Shown: positions 39,508 through 48,673 of the stretch, one piece after another
Layout of the letters: each line of letters begins with the position of its first letter
Position numbering within the stretch: position 1 is the first letter of the stretch
Assembly (NCBI GenBank): GCA_051001345.1
Contig: JBPCNK010000201.1
Location: 1-54,689 of the forward strand
DNA length: 54,689 nucleotides
Source of the DNA: Acidobacteriota bacterium
GTDB taxonomy: Bacteria; Acidobacteriota; UBA6911; JACQSX01; JBPCNK01
Direction: 5' to 3'
Notes under the pieces: generated by a model
Database searches by the model: none
Seen by the model: the letters and a program-made list of their open reading frames with translations, nothing else
What the model was told of the DNA's origin: nothing
Made by a program: the position numbers and the translations under genes

Positions 39508-39535
39508 GAACGGCCGGCAGGCCGGAGGTGAATGA

Positions 39536-40471
39536 ATGGACTGGGGTCAAATCTGGGAAATCGCGTCGGCTCCCGATAACGTCCCGATCGTCGCCATGCT
39601 GTTCCTCGTGCCCTTCTTTACCTGGTACGGGTTCAGGCAGGCCTTGGCCAATGACCGCCTGATTGCACAACTGGAAGGCGATCCGCAGCTGGCCAAGACA
39701 CATCACCGCAAGACCCATCCCTATCGGCGCGAGTGGGCCGAGAAGCTACAAGTGTGGCCCTACCTGTTGCGCATTGAATTTTTAGCGACGATCATCGTGA
39801 CGGTGATTTTGATGGTGTGGTCCATTACGCTGGACGCGCCTCTGGAAGAGCCAGCCAACCCGACGCTGACGATGAACCCATCGAAGGCGCCCTGGTATTT
39901 CCTCGGCCTGCAGGAGATGCTTGTCTACTTCGATCCGTGGCTGGCCGGGGTCGTGCTGCCTTCTCTGATTCTGGTAGGTCTGATGGCGATTCCTTACATC
40001 GACACCAATCCGCTGGGCAATGGATATTACACTTTCAAACAGCGCAAGTTTTCGATCCTTGCATTTTGTTTCGGGTTTCTCGTCCTGTGGTTGATGTTGA
40101 TCTTCATCGGGACATTTATTCGGGGCCCCGGCTGGATGTGGTTCTGGCCCGGCGAGACCTGGGACCATCACCGTGTCATCCACGAGTTCAACCGGGACCT
40201 GCCCGATCTTCTGGGGATCACCAATCTGTGGATAAAGACGGTTTTTGGCGCCGTCGTCACGGGTCTGTACTTTGTGTTGGCGGGCTGGGCGATCCATAAG
40301 TTGTTCACGTGGAATGAATTCAATCGGAGAATTTACAAGCGGATGAACCTGATGCAGTACGCCACGCTGCAGTTGTTGCTGATCCTGATGATGGCGCTTC
40401 CGGTAAAGATCCTGCTAAAACAGTTGTTCCAAATCAAGTACGTGTGGGTTTCGCCTTGGTTTAACGTGTAA
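39536..40471 (+). CDS. Cytochrome b C-terminal / subunit IV-like protein (extended)
   Basis: KAPWYFLGLQEMLVYF (PEWY-region equivalent), followed by extra TM helices. Confidence 0.8.
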   Translation: MDWGQIWEIASAPDNVPIVAMLFLVPFFTWYGFRQALANDRLIAQLEGDPQLAKTHHRKTHPYRREWAEKLQVWPYLLRIEFLATIIVTVILMVWSITLDAPLEEPANPTLTMNPSKAPWYFLGLQEMLVYFDPWLAGVVLPSLILVGLMAIPYIDTNPLGNGYYTFKQRKFSILAFCFGFLVLWLMLIFIGTFIRGPGWMWFWPGETWDHHRVIHEFNRDLPDLLGITNLWIKTVFGAVVTGLYFVLAGWAIHKLFTWNEFNRRIYKRMNLMQYATLQLLLILMMALPVKILLKQLFQIKYVWVSPWFNV

Positions 40472-40473
40472 AG

Positions 40474-40574
40474 CAGGCTTCAGGCTCCAGGCTCCAGGCT
40501 CCAGGGATGCGATTATGGATTGTATCCGCAATCCGCAATTCCCTGAAGCCTGAAGCCTGAAGCCTGAAGCCTGG
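40474..40574. repeat. Palindromic AGGCTYC / GAAGCCT element between the cytochrome b and cytochrome c genes
   Basis: CAGGCTTCAGGCTCCAGGCTCCAGGCTCCAGGG (40474-40506) versus CCCTGAAGCCTGAAGCCTGAAGCCTGAAGCCTGG (40541-40574). AATCCGC units lie in the loop. Confidence 0.95.
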
Positions 40575-40584
40575 AGGATAATGA

Positions 40585-43500
40585 ATGTCTGACCCGTCTT
40601 CGCTGGAAAAAACTTCCGGAGATCCGAACAAGCCGGCTGTGCAGCCGCCTCCCCCGCCGCCCGAAGACACGCGAGATCCCATCGCCGACTATTCGATGAG
40701 CTGGCCAATCGCCATCTTCTCGTTTTTGCTGATGTTGACTCTGGTCTGGGCGTTCTATCAGGAGGCCTGGGGAGAGCGTCCCTGGATTCGTTATCAGGAA
40801 AGGTTCAAGCAGGTCTACACAGAGTACCTCCGGAAAATCCAGCCGGAGCAGGTCAAAGCCGAGCGCGAGATTCGAAACTCTGCAGAGTTCAAGGAACTGG
40901 AAGCGCGCGTCCTGACTGCCGAGAAGGCCGTCGCTGCTGAAGTCGCCAAAATCGACGAGACGCTCAATAAGGAGGTCAACCCGCGGCTGGCCAAGCTCAA
41001 CGACGTCTTCGCGGTTGCCCGCAGCGAAGTAGCGGCGTTGACCTACAAGGTCGAGGCGTCCGGTGGCGATGGCCGCGATGATCTGGAAGAACTCCGCCAG
41101 GAAAAGCACGACGTAGAACTCCCTGGGTCCAACGGCGAGACCCAGGAAGTCGAGATGACCTACAACGATCTGGAGCATGAGTTCAACGGACAGAAAAAGC
41201 GGCAGGGCGAATTGATTTCGCGACGCGCCGAACTGGAACGGGGACCCGCTGCGCTGCGCAGGGAGCGCGACGAATATCTGAAAAGTCATCTCGGCGGGCC
41301 GAACGAGCAGGATGTCAACGGTTTGATCAACAAGATGGACGAGTACAAGGTTCAGATTCGCCAGATCCACGTCGCGGGAGTCGAGCTGGTCGATCGTTGT
41401 GAATCCTGTCATGCCGGCATCCGGGAACCGGTCACTTTGACTTCGGATTTAATGGGCAACGAGAAAGTCTTTACCAGCCACCCGAATCGGGAACTGCTGA
41501 CGATTCACGATCCGGAGCGATTCGGCTGCTCGCCCTGCCACAACGGAAACGGAACGGCTACCGTCAGCGCCAAGATGGCCCATGGACGCTATAAGCACTG
41601 GCTGTGGCCGATGTACGACCGCGCCAACGTGGAAGCCGGCTGCCAGCAGTGTCACGAAGCCGATATCGTCCTGGATCATTCGACCGTCCTGAACACCGGC
41701 AAGGAACTCTTTCTGCAGCGCGGATGTTGGGGCTGTCACGCGCGCGAGGGTTTCGATCCTGAGCCGGGCAAGCTGATGAATGTGCAGAAGAGCATCGAAC
41801 AGCTGCGCAAACGCAAGGAGGACACGCGTCTGGAAGCGACGCGCGTCGAGCGCCAGGGCGACAAAGCGCCCGATAACGCGACGGCAAAACGGCTGTATGC
41901 GCGGGCCGAATCGATGCGCATGTCGCTGGCGCGCATGGACAACCAGCTTGAGCAAATGGCCACCCAGGCCCGGGATTTATTGCAGGATGTGAAGAAGACC
42001 GGGCCTAATCTCAAGGAGATGAGCCAGAAGCTTCGCAAGGAGTGGGTCCCCGTCTGGCTGGAGAATCCGAATGCCTGGCGGCCCGGAACCAAGATGCCGA
42101 CGTTCCGATTGCAAAAGGACGAGATTCAGGCGATTTCCGCGTTTCTCTGGCAGTCGGCGCTGACCGAACCGAAACTGGCGGTCCATCCGCCAGGGAACGC
42201 CGATCACGGCAAAGAGCTCTTTGAGACGCGCGGGTGCCTGGGCTGCCACTCGATCGGAGAAGGCTCCAATCGCATCGGAGGCGTCTTTGCGGCCAACCTG
42301 ACTCGTGTCGGAGAGAAGGCCAACTACGATTACCTGGTGCGCTGGATTCACAATCCACGCGAACGGACGGCGCCTTACTGCCCGGTCGACAAGCGGGACA
42401 TCACACCTCAGGACTACGAGGCCAAAGGCCTGCCGTTTGCTTTCGACCGCGATCATTCCGTGTGCCCGGTGTGCGGCAATCAGTTACAGGTTCAACAGAT
42501 GACCGTCATGCCCAACTTCCGGCTGACGCCTGCCGAGACGCGCGATATCGCTTCGTATCTGATGACCCGCAGAAAGAACGGCTCGTACCCGGCGGCTGGC
42601 TTTATGGACGACCCGAAGCTGAAAGACCGCGGGCGCTTCTTGGTGCGCCATTACGGCTGCGCTGGATGTCACGAGATCGCAGGACTGGAAAACGAAGCCA
42701 AGATCGGAACCGAGTTGACCAAGGAGGGAAGTAAGCCGATCGAGCGGCTGGATTTCGGCCTGCTGACCGAGAAAGCCAAGCACGAAAAATGGTATGACCA
42801 CAAGGGATTCTTCGAGCGCAAGCTGCGCAAGCCCGAGGTCTACGACGAAGGCAAGATCAAACCGCACCTTGAAAAGTTGAAGATGCCGAACTTCAACTTG
42901 AGCGAGCAGGAGATCACCGCCTTGTCGACATTCCTGCTTGGCAGCGTGGATTCGGCCTTGCCCAAGACTTACTTTTATACTCCGCCCGATGAGCGCAAGC
43001 ATAGCCAGGACGGCTGGTGGGTGGTGCAGAAATACAATTGCATGGGCTGCCACCAACTGCGTCCCGGACAGGTGGCGGATCTGAAGGCCTTGGTGCCGCG
43101 CTATAAGGACCCCGACTGGAAGGATCGCGTGCCGCCGCCACTGGTGGGCGAGGGCGCTCGTGTCAGTCCCGATTTCCTGCTGGCGTTTCTGCGCAACCCT
43201 GCTTTGAGCTCGACCGACCTTCATCGAAATGGTGTGCGCTCGTATCTGGAAGTACGCATGCCGACGTTCGAGTTTTCCGCTGGAGAGCTGCAAAAGCTGG
43301 TGCGCTTCTTTGGGGCGCTGGCCTACCAGCAGAGTCCGCACATTCCGGCCAAACTGGCGCCCCTGACGACCGAAGAAATGTCGCTGGCGCGCCAGATGTT
43401 CACCCATCCGGCCGCGCCCTGTCTGAAGTGTCATACGGGTGCGACGGCGACGGCGCCGGATCTGGCGATGGTCCGCGAGCGATTGCAGCCGGGCTGGACG

Positions 43501-43695
43501 ACGCGCTGGATCGCCGAACCGGCCATCATCGCGCCGGGCACGGCCATGCCGTCGGGTCTGTTCCGGCGCGAGGGCGGGCGCTGGGTTTTCGCCAGCACAT
43601 TGCCGGCCAGCTTTGCCAATTACAAAGGCGATCATCTCGATCTGCTGGTCCGCTACCTCTATCAGGCGCCGATCTCCGAGATCGGAAGGAAGTAG
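40585..43695 (+). CDS. Membrane-anchored octahaem c-type cytochrome
   Basis: 1036 aa. One N-terminal TM helix and a coiled-coil region. Eight CxxCH motifs: CESCH, CSPCH, CQQCH, CWGCH, CLGCH, CAGCH, CMGCH, CLKCH. An extra CPVC pair. Confidence 0.85.
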   Translation: MSDPSSLEKTSGDPNKPAVQPPPPPPEDTRDPIADYSMSWPIAIFSFLLMLTLVWAFYQEAWGERPWIRYQERFKQVYTEYLRKIQPEQVKAEREIRNSAEFKELEARVLTAEKAVAAEVAKIDETLNKEVNPRLAKLNDVFAVARSEVAALTYKVEASGGDGRDDLEELRQEKHDVELPGSNGETQEVEMTYNDLEHEFNGQKKRQGELISRRAELERGPAALRRERDEYLKSHLGGPNEQDVNGLINKMDEYKVQIRQIHVAGVELVDRCESCHAGIREPVTLTSDLMGNEKVFTSHPNRELLTIHDPERFGCSPCHNGNGTATVSAKMAHGRYKHWLWPMYDRANVEAGCQQCHEADIVLDHSTVLNTGKELFLQRGCWGCHAREGFDPEPGKLMNVQKSIEQLRKRKEDTRLEATRVERQGDKAPDNATAKRLYARAESMRMSLARMDNQLEQMATQARDLLQDVKKTGPNLKEMSQKLRKEWVPVWLENPNAWRPGTKMPTFRLQKDEIQAISAFLWQSALTEPKLAVHPPGNADHGKELFETRGCLGCHSIGEGSNRIGGVFAANLTRVGEKANYDYLVRWIHNPRERTAPYCPVDKRDITPQDYEAKGLPFAFDRDHSVCPVCGNQLQVQQMTVMPNFRLTPAETRDIASYLMTRRKNGSYPAAGFMDDPKLKDRGRFLVRHYGCAGCHEIAGLENEAKIGTELTKEGSKPIERLDFGLLTEKAKHEKWYDHKGFFERKLRKPEVYDEGKIKPHLEKLKMPNFNLSEQEITALSTFLLGSVDSALPKTYFYTPPDERKHSQDGWWVVQKYNCMGCHQLRPGQVADLKALVPRYKDPDWKDRVPPPLVGEGARVSPDFLLAFLRNPALSSTDLHRNGVRSYLEVRMPTFEFSAGELQKLVRFFGALAYQQSPHIPAKLAPLTTEEMSLARQMFTHPAAPCLKCHTGATATAPDLAMVRERLQPGWTTRWIAEPAIIAPGTAMPSGLFRREGGRWVFASTLPASFANYKGDHLDLLVRYLYQAPISEIGRK

Positions 43696-43798
43696 GGGTC
43701 AGGGCTCAGGCTTCAGGGGTCAGGGGCACGACGTGATCGCGCTCGTTGACGTTGATCGTGCACGTTGACGTGATCGTGCTCGTTGATGTGCTCGTGGC
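43696..43798. repeat. Inverted copy of the 17998-18113 composite (GGGGTCA/GGCTTCA heptamers plus a 6-nt-period GTGATC/GTGCTC/GTTGAC tract)
   Basis: The reverse complement aligns with 17998-18113 through ...CACGATCACGTCAACGTGCAC...CTGACCCCTGAAGCCTGA.CCC. Confidence 0.9.
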
Positions 43799-43813
43799 CG
43801 TCCCCGCCCCACC

Positions 43814-44791
43814 ATGCTGAAAGGTCAAATCCGCCGTCTGGTTTTTCTCGCAAGGCGACTCAAGCTGTGGATCAGCGGCCGCGGGTCCCTTTCAGCATCG
43901 GGTGATTTCTGGGCTCTGCAGCTCAAGGGCAACAACGATTTTGTCTATTGGCTGGCCCTTCCCACTGTTGTCCAGTGGGTCAACCTGCGCCTGACCGGTT
44001 CTGCGCAGATCTGGCCGCTCTCCTGGTTCCTGTTTTCGATTCAAGACAAGCTTCCCGTCGAGCGGGCCGTGTCGATCGGGTGTGGAGTCGGCAACCTCGA
44101 GCGCGAAACCGCCCGGCACCAGGGCGCGCGTCATATCGATGGCATTGATGTAAGTAAGCCTGCACTGCTGCACGCCCGGCAAGCAGCCCTGCAGGCGGGC
44201 TACTCCGACACCATCTCGTATCATCTCGAAGACGCAGCCGCCTGGCTGCGAAACGCCGTGAAGAGCCCCGGATATGATCTGATCTTCTTTCACTGCAGTC
44301 TCCACCATATCGAGCGCCTCGAGGAAGTTTTGTCGCTTTGTGCCCGCTGTCTGCGCGGCGGCGCTCCCGGCCTGCTGTATGTGGACGAATACATCGGACC
44401 CTCCCGGCGCGAGTGGCAGGCCGACCACCTCGGGCATGCCAACGCGATCTTCGGAAGGATTCCTCCACAGTACAAAAGAGCGTCGAAGGTTTTTCCTCCC
44501 GTGGCGTTGGATGATCCCACTGAGATGATTCGTTCCTCGGAAATCGAGGGCGTGCTCCGCAACCACTTTGAAGTGATCCACTACAAACCTTATTACGGCA
44601 ACGTGGTGATGCCGCTCGTTTCCGCAATCAAAGGGACGGGACTGCAGGATCCAGCTGTGCTGAAGATTTTGAGCGAAGCAATGGACTTGGAGGATTACCT
44701 GATTGATCGCGGTCTGCTGGATCCACTCTACGCCGTCTTCGTGTGTCGTCCCCTGTCAGGGTCGCAAACGATGGTCAACGTCGACGCGTAG
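43814..44791 (+). CDS. Class I SAM-dependent methyltransferase
   Basis: Motif I VSIGCGVGNLE. Motif post-I DGIDVS. DLIFFHCSLHH. Confidence 0.7.
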   Translation: MLKGQIRRLVFLARRLKLWISGRGSLSASGDFWALQLKGNNDFVYWLALPTVVQWVNLRLTGSAQIWPLSWFLFSIQDKLPVERAVSIGCGVGNLERETARHQGARHIDGIDVSKPALLHARQAALQAGYSDTISYHLEDAAAWLRNAVKSPGYDLIFFHCSLHHIERLEEVLSLCARCLRGGAPGLLYVDEYIGPSRREWQADHLGHANAIFGRIPPQYKRASKVFPPVALDDPTEMIRSSEIEGVLRNHFEVIHYKPYYGNVVMPLVSAIKGTGLQDPAVLKILSEAMDLEDYLIDRGLLDPLYAVFVCRPLSGSQTMVNVDA

Positions 44792-44929
44792 GGAAGCAGT
44801 GTGTCCTTCTTTGGATCTCCGTATTGAACTCGGCCGTGGCGCCATCCCTCTTGCAGTTTCCGACGGGCGAATCAATCCCGGGGATTTGGGATCGGAGCCC
44901 TTTGGCCATTTGCGGTAGACTGTTTCGCG

Positions 44930-45238
44930 GTGGCCGAGCCGATACAGATTGCATGTAACCTGAACTCCGAGGAGTTCGCAAGGCGGCGAAAGGAAGTCCT
45001 CGAACCGCTTTGGCGCGCCGTTCGGCAAACAGTTGAAATCGACGACGGCATAGCCCTTCTCTTTGACAGCGACGAGGGACGCCTTCCGTTCTTAGCAAAA
45101 ATGGTGGAGCTTGAGAGGCAATGCTGTCCCTTTCTCCGTTTTGTCATAACTGCGGAGCCGGCAAACGGCGTGATCCGTCTGGACATTTCAGGACCTCCCG
45201 GAACGCGCCAGACTATCAAAATGGAGTTAGGGCTATGA
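44930..45238 (+). CDS. Hypothetical protein
   Basis: 102-aa ORF with GTG start. Contains a CCPFL motif. I recognise no family. Confidence 0.4.
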   Translation: MAEPIQIACNLNSEEFARRRKEVLEPLWRAVRQTVEIDDGIALLFDSDEGRLPFLAKMVELERQCCPFLRFVITAEPANGVIRLDISGPPGTRQTIKMELGL

Positions 45239-45351
45239 GCTGGTCCGAAAGTGCCTTCCTGGGAGCGCGGGCGTCCCGCTCGCACAACCTGGCACTGCGT
45301 TAGATGCGCGCGGGACAAGCGCGCCCCCGGGCTGCTCAACGGAAATCCACC

Positions 45352-45717
45352 ATGGAACGACAGCCGATCAACCTGGCCGACAAGTTTTCCAAGTTCTCGG
45401 AACACTGGGCGCCCAAAATCATCGCTCGAATGAATGACTATCACTTCACGCTCGTCAAGTTTCAAGGCGAGTTTGTCTGGCACAACCACTCCCATACCGA
45501 CGAAGTGTTCGTCGTTGTCGACGGGTCAATGACAATTCATTTTCGAGACGGGGACGTTCAGGTAGGCGCCGGGGAATTGTTCGTGATCCCAAGGGGTGAG
45601 GAGTACAAAACTTCGGCCCAGGCCGAGTGCAGGGCCATGGTTGTCGAAACTGCTGGCACAATCAACACGGGCGATGTCGTCAGCGAGAAAACTTCCGCGG
45701 ATGACGTCTGGATCTAG
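45352..45717 (+). CDS. Cupin domain protein
   Basis: GEFVWHNHSHTDEVFVVVDG...G.LFVIPRGEEYK, the two cupin motifs. ATG 45352 preferred. Confidence 0.75.
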   Translation: MERQPINLADKFSKFSEHWAPKIIARMNDYHFTLVKFQGEFVWHNHSHTDEVFVVVDGSMTIHFRDGDVQVGAGELFVIPRGEEYKTSAQAECRAMVVETAGTINTGDVVSEKTSADDVWI

Positions 45718-45733
45718 CTCGGAAGGAGAGCCA

Positions 45734-46588
45734 ATGGCAATAGCGAAGGGTACTCGACGAGCCCGCACATGGGGCGCAGTTGTAATCGCGCTTGTGCTGA
45801 CCACAGCGCTAGCGTTCGGCCAAACGACGCCGGCTGCTGCCGGCAAGGTCGTCGCCGTCAACGGTATCGAGATGTACTACGAAAGCACCGGGCAGGGAGA
45901 GCCGCTGGTTCTGCTCCACGGTTTCAACGCGTCTGGCGAGGCGTGGGCCGGCGTGGTTGGAGAATTCGCGAAACACTATCGGGTGGTAGTGCCCGATCTC
46001 CGAGGACACGGGCGCTCGACCAACCCTGCAAACCGATTCACCCACAGGCAGTCGGCCCTGGATGTTTTCGCCCTCCTTGACGAGCTCGGGATTAAGCAGT
46101 TCAAAGGGATGGGTATCAGCACCGGCGGGATGACGCTGATTCATATGGCAACGCAACAGGCCTCCCGAGTCGAAGCCATGGTCCTGATTGGCGCGACGAT
46201 TTACTTCCCCGAGCAGGCGCGAGAAATCATGAGGAAAGCGACAGTGGAGAGCTTGACGCCCGCTGCCTACGAGCGCAGGCGCCGAACCCACAAGCGCGGG
46301 GACGAGCAAATCAGGGCGCTTCAACAGCAGTTTCACGAATTCAAGGACAGCTACGACGACATGAACTTCACAGGTCCGTATCTTTCGACTATTACCGCAC
46401 GCACCTTGATCGTACACGGCGATCGCGATCAGTTCTTTCCCGTGGCGATTCCCGTGGAGATGTACCGTTCCATTCCGAACTCCTTGCTCTGGATCATTCC
46501 ACGCGGCGGCCACGTTCCCATCTTTGACCCGTTAGTGCCGTTTACAGCGACGAGTCTGAAATTCTTGAAAGGTTGGGACAACCAATAA
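45734..46588 (+). CDS. Alpha/beta hydrolase (secreted)
   Basis: GGAAGGAGAG RBS precedes ATG 45734. Signal-like N-terminus. LLHGF, nucleophile elbow GISTGG, C-terminal GGH. Confidence 0.8.
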   Translation: MAIAKGTRRARTWGAVVIALVLTTALAFGQTTPAAAGKVVAVNGIEMYYESTGQGEPLVLLHGFNASGEAWAGVVGEFAKHYRVVVPDLRGHGRSTNPANRFTHRQSALDVFALLDELGIKQFKGMGISTGGMTLIHMATQQASRVEAMVLIGATIYFPEQAREIMRKATVESLTPAAYERRRRTHKRGDEQIRALQQQFHEFKDSYDDMNFTGPYLSTITARTLIVHGDRDQFFPVAIPVEMYRSIPNSLLWIIPRGGHVPIFDPLVPFTATSLKFLKGWDNQ

Positions 46589-46722
46589 AGGACAAAGGAC
46601 AAAGGACTAAGGACTAAGGACGAGTTACAGATTGCGCAGGGCTTCCTCGTTCTTGGCACCGTAATCCGCACCTCGCACTTCGTCCTTTGTCCTTCGTCCT
46701 TCGTCCTTTGTCCTTCGTAGTT
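46588..46722. repeat. Palindromic GGACAAA/GGACTAA/GGACGAG element
   Basis: AAGGACAAAGGACAAAGGACTAAGGACTAAGGACGAG (46588-46624) versus CGTCCTTTGTCCTTCGTCCTTCGTCCTTTGTCCTTCG (46681-46717). Confidence 0.9.
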
Positions 46723-46843
46723 CAATCGCCCGTGATTCTCACCGGCACCGATCTTGCAAGGCACGGTGTTCGAGTGGCTTCCTCGTGTTGCAAACCCTGC
46801 CAGAATGAGATAGCCTTATAGTTTTTCAAGAAAGGAATCGATC

Positions 46844-47623
46844 ATGTCTAAGAGGAACCTGTTTGTACTGTTCGCAATCGCGGCTTTGGCTCTGGCCGTC
46901 GGTTGCGGCAAGGCCGAAGAACCAGCACCTGTAACAACTGCTCCGCCGGCCGCCGCGCCGGCCGCTGCAGTCGACCCGGCGACGGCTGGGAGTATTACTG
47001 GGAAAATCAGCTTCGAAGGCGCAAAACCGAAGGCCAAATCGATCCGCATGGATCAGGACGCCTTCTGTGCCAAGGCGCACGCCACACCGATTTTCTTCGA
47101 AGATGTCGTGGTCAACGACAATGGAACGCTGCGTAACGTTCTGGTTTACGTAAAAGGCGGACTGGAAGGCCGGACGTTTCCAACACCCGCCGAGGCAGCC
47201 AAACTCGACCAGTCAGCCTGCCAGTACGTTCCCCACGTCGTCAGTCTGATGAAGGACCAAAAGCTTGACGTAGTCAACTCCGACAGCACCAATCACAATG
47301 TCAACGTGCTGGCCGAACAGAATCGGCCGTGGAATAAATCGCAGGCGCCCAACAAGTCCGACGTCGAGTCGTTTCCACGCGAGGAGATCGTCATTCCAGT
47401 CAAGTGCAACATCCATCCCTGGATGAAGTCCTACATTGGCGTCTTCAGCCATCCGTTCCACGCCGTCACGGGCGCCGACGGGACCTTCGAGCTGAAGGGT
47501 CTGCCGCCCGGTGACTACGAAATCGAAGCCTGGCACGAGAAGTATGGAACGAAGACCCAGAAGGTGACCGTCGCAGCCTCGGAAGCCAAGGCCGCCGATT
47601 TCGCATTCCAGCCCGCACCTTAA
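46844..47623 (+). CDS. Lipoprotein with a cupredoxin-like region (CxxHxxM) and a C-terminal carboxypeptidase-regulatory-like domain (tentative)
   Basis: Lipobox LAVGC. KCNIHPWM resembles a type-1 Cu ligand spacing. GADGTFELKGLPPGDYEIEAWHEKYG resembles a CarboxypepD_reg fold. Confidence 0.45.
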   Translation: MSKRNLFVLFAIAALALAVGCGKAEEPAPVTTAPPAAAPAAAVDPATAGSITGKISFEGAKPKAKSIRMDQDAFCAKAHATPIFFEDVVVNDNGTLRNVLVYVKGGLEGRTFPTPAEAAKLDQSACQYVPHVVSLMKDQKLDVVNSDSTNHNVNVLAEQNRPWNKSQAPNKSDVESFPREEIVIPVKCNIHPWMKSYIGVFSHPFHAVTGADGTFELKGLPPGDYEIEAWHEKYGTKTQKVTVAASEAKAADFAFQPAP

Positions 47624-47642
47624 GGAGGCAAAGGGCTTGTGT

Positions 47643-47671
47643 GGCACAGGGTAGAAGTAAAGCCCTGTGCC
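47643..47671 (+). other. Stem-loop GGCACAGGG-N11-CCCTGTGCC downstream of the lipoprotein gene
   Basis: 9-bp perfect stem with no T-run. Possibly a terminator or processing site. Confidence 0.35.
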
Positions 47672-47698
47672 GCACCTCCTATCGGAACTTAATTGGCC

Positions 47699-48634
47699 AT
47701 GAATATTTGGCTGCACCGCTACGCGGTCCTGGTCGCCTGCTGCACGTTTGTCCTGATCATCGCCGGCGCGCTGGTCACAAGCAATGACGCAGGGCTAGCG
47801 GTCCCGGACTGGCCGACTTCTTTCGGCGGTTTCAATCCGCCGATGGTCGGCGGCGTGTTTTACGAGCACGGTCACCGCATGGTGGCCTCGGCCGTTGGCT
47901 TGCTGACGATTGTTCTCGCTGTCTGGCTATGGCGCACGGAGCGCCGCCGCTGGGTCCGGAGGCTGGGTTGGATCGCGCTGGCAGCCGTTGTTGCACAAGG
48001 TCTGCTGGGCGGCTTGACGGTTATTTTTCTGCTCCCGACCCTTGTTTCGGTCGCTCACGCCTGCCTGGCACAAGCCTTTTTCTGCCTGACCGTCGCGCTG
48101 GCGTTGTTTACCTCGCGCAGCTGGCTGAATACCGCCGCACGGCTGGAGCCAAGCGGCGGTCCCTCCATCCATCCGCTGACGATTCTAACGGCGGGCGCTG
48201 TCTATCTGCAGTTGATTCTTGGCGCAACGCTTCGCCACTCCGCCATCTCCGTGACGCCGCATGTTCTGGGCGCCATAGCAGTCAGCGTCCTGGTGCTGGC
48301 GACCGGTATCCGGGTCTTTCGCTTTTATGGTAGTGTCAACGAGTTGGCGCGGCCTGCTGCCTTGCTGGTGTCATTCTTGATCGTCCAGCTGTTTGCGGGA
48401 CTGGGCGCCTACTGGGTTCGGATCTCAAAGATATCCGAATTGCAGCCGACTCGCGTTTCCGTTGTCATTACCACGACACACGTCGCCGCTGGCGCGTTGG
48501 TGCTGGCCACAGCCGTCGTTTTGGCGCTGCGCTGCCATCGACGGGTGCGGCGGCCGGGAACGCTTGGGGTCAAGTGGGCATCAGGTCTCCGAGCCACGAC
48601 CGTCAGGCAGCGGGCCCGCAGGTCGAAAGCTTGA
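47699..48634 (+). CDS. ctaA: Haem A synthase (COX15/CtaA family)
   Basis: LVTSNDAGLAVPDWPTSFG, EHGHRMVAS, 8 TM helices. ATG 47699 (the track starts at TTG 47693). Confidence 0.85.
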   Translation: MNIWLHRYAVLVACCTFVLIIAGALVTSNDAGLAVPDWPTSFGGFNPPMVGGVFYEHGHRMVASAVGLLTIVLAVWLWRTERRRWVRRLGWIALAAVVAQGLLGGLTVIFLLPTLVSVAHACLAQAFFCLTVALALFTSRSWLNTAARLEPSGGPSIHPLTILTAGAVYLQLILGATLRHSAISVTPHVLGAIAVSVLVLATGIRVFRFYGSVNELARPAALLVSFLIVQLFAGLGAYWVRISKISELQPTRVSVVITTTHVAAGALVLATAVVLALRCHRRVRRPGTLGVKWASGLRATTVRQRARRSKA

Positions 48635-48673
48635 GCTGCAATTCTCGCTGAAAGAGCGAGCGAAGAGTACGAC

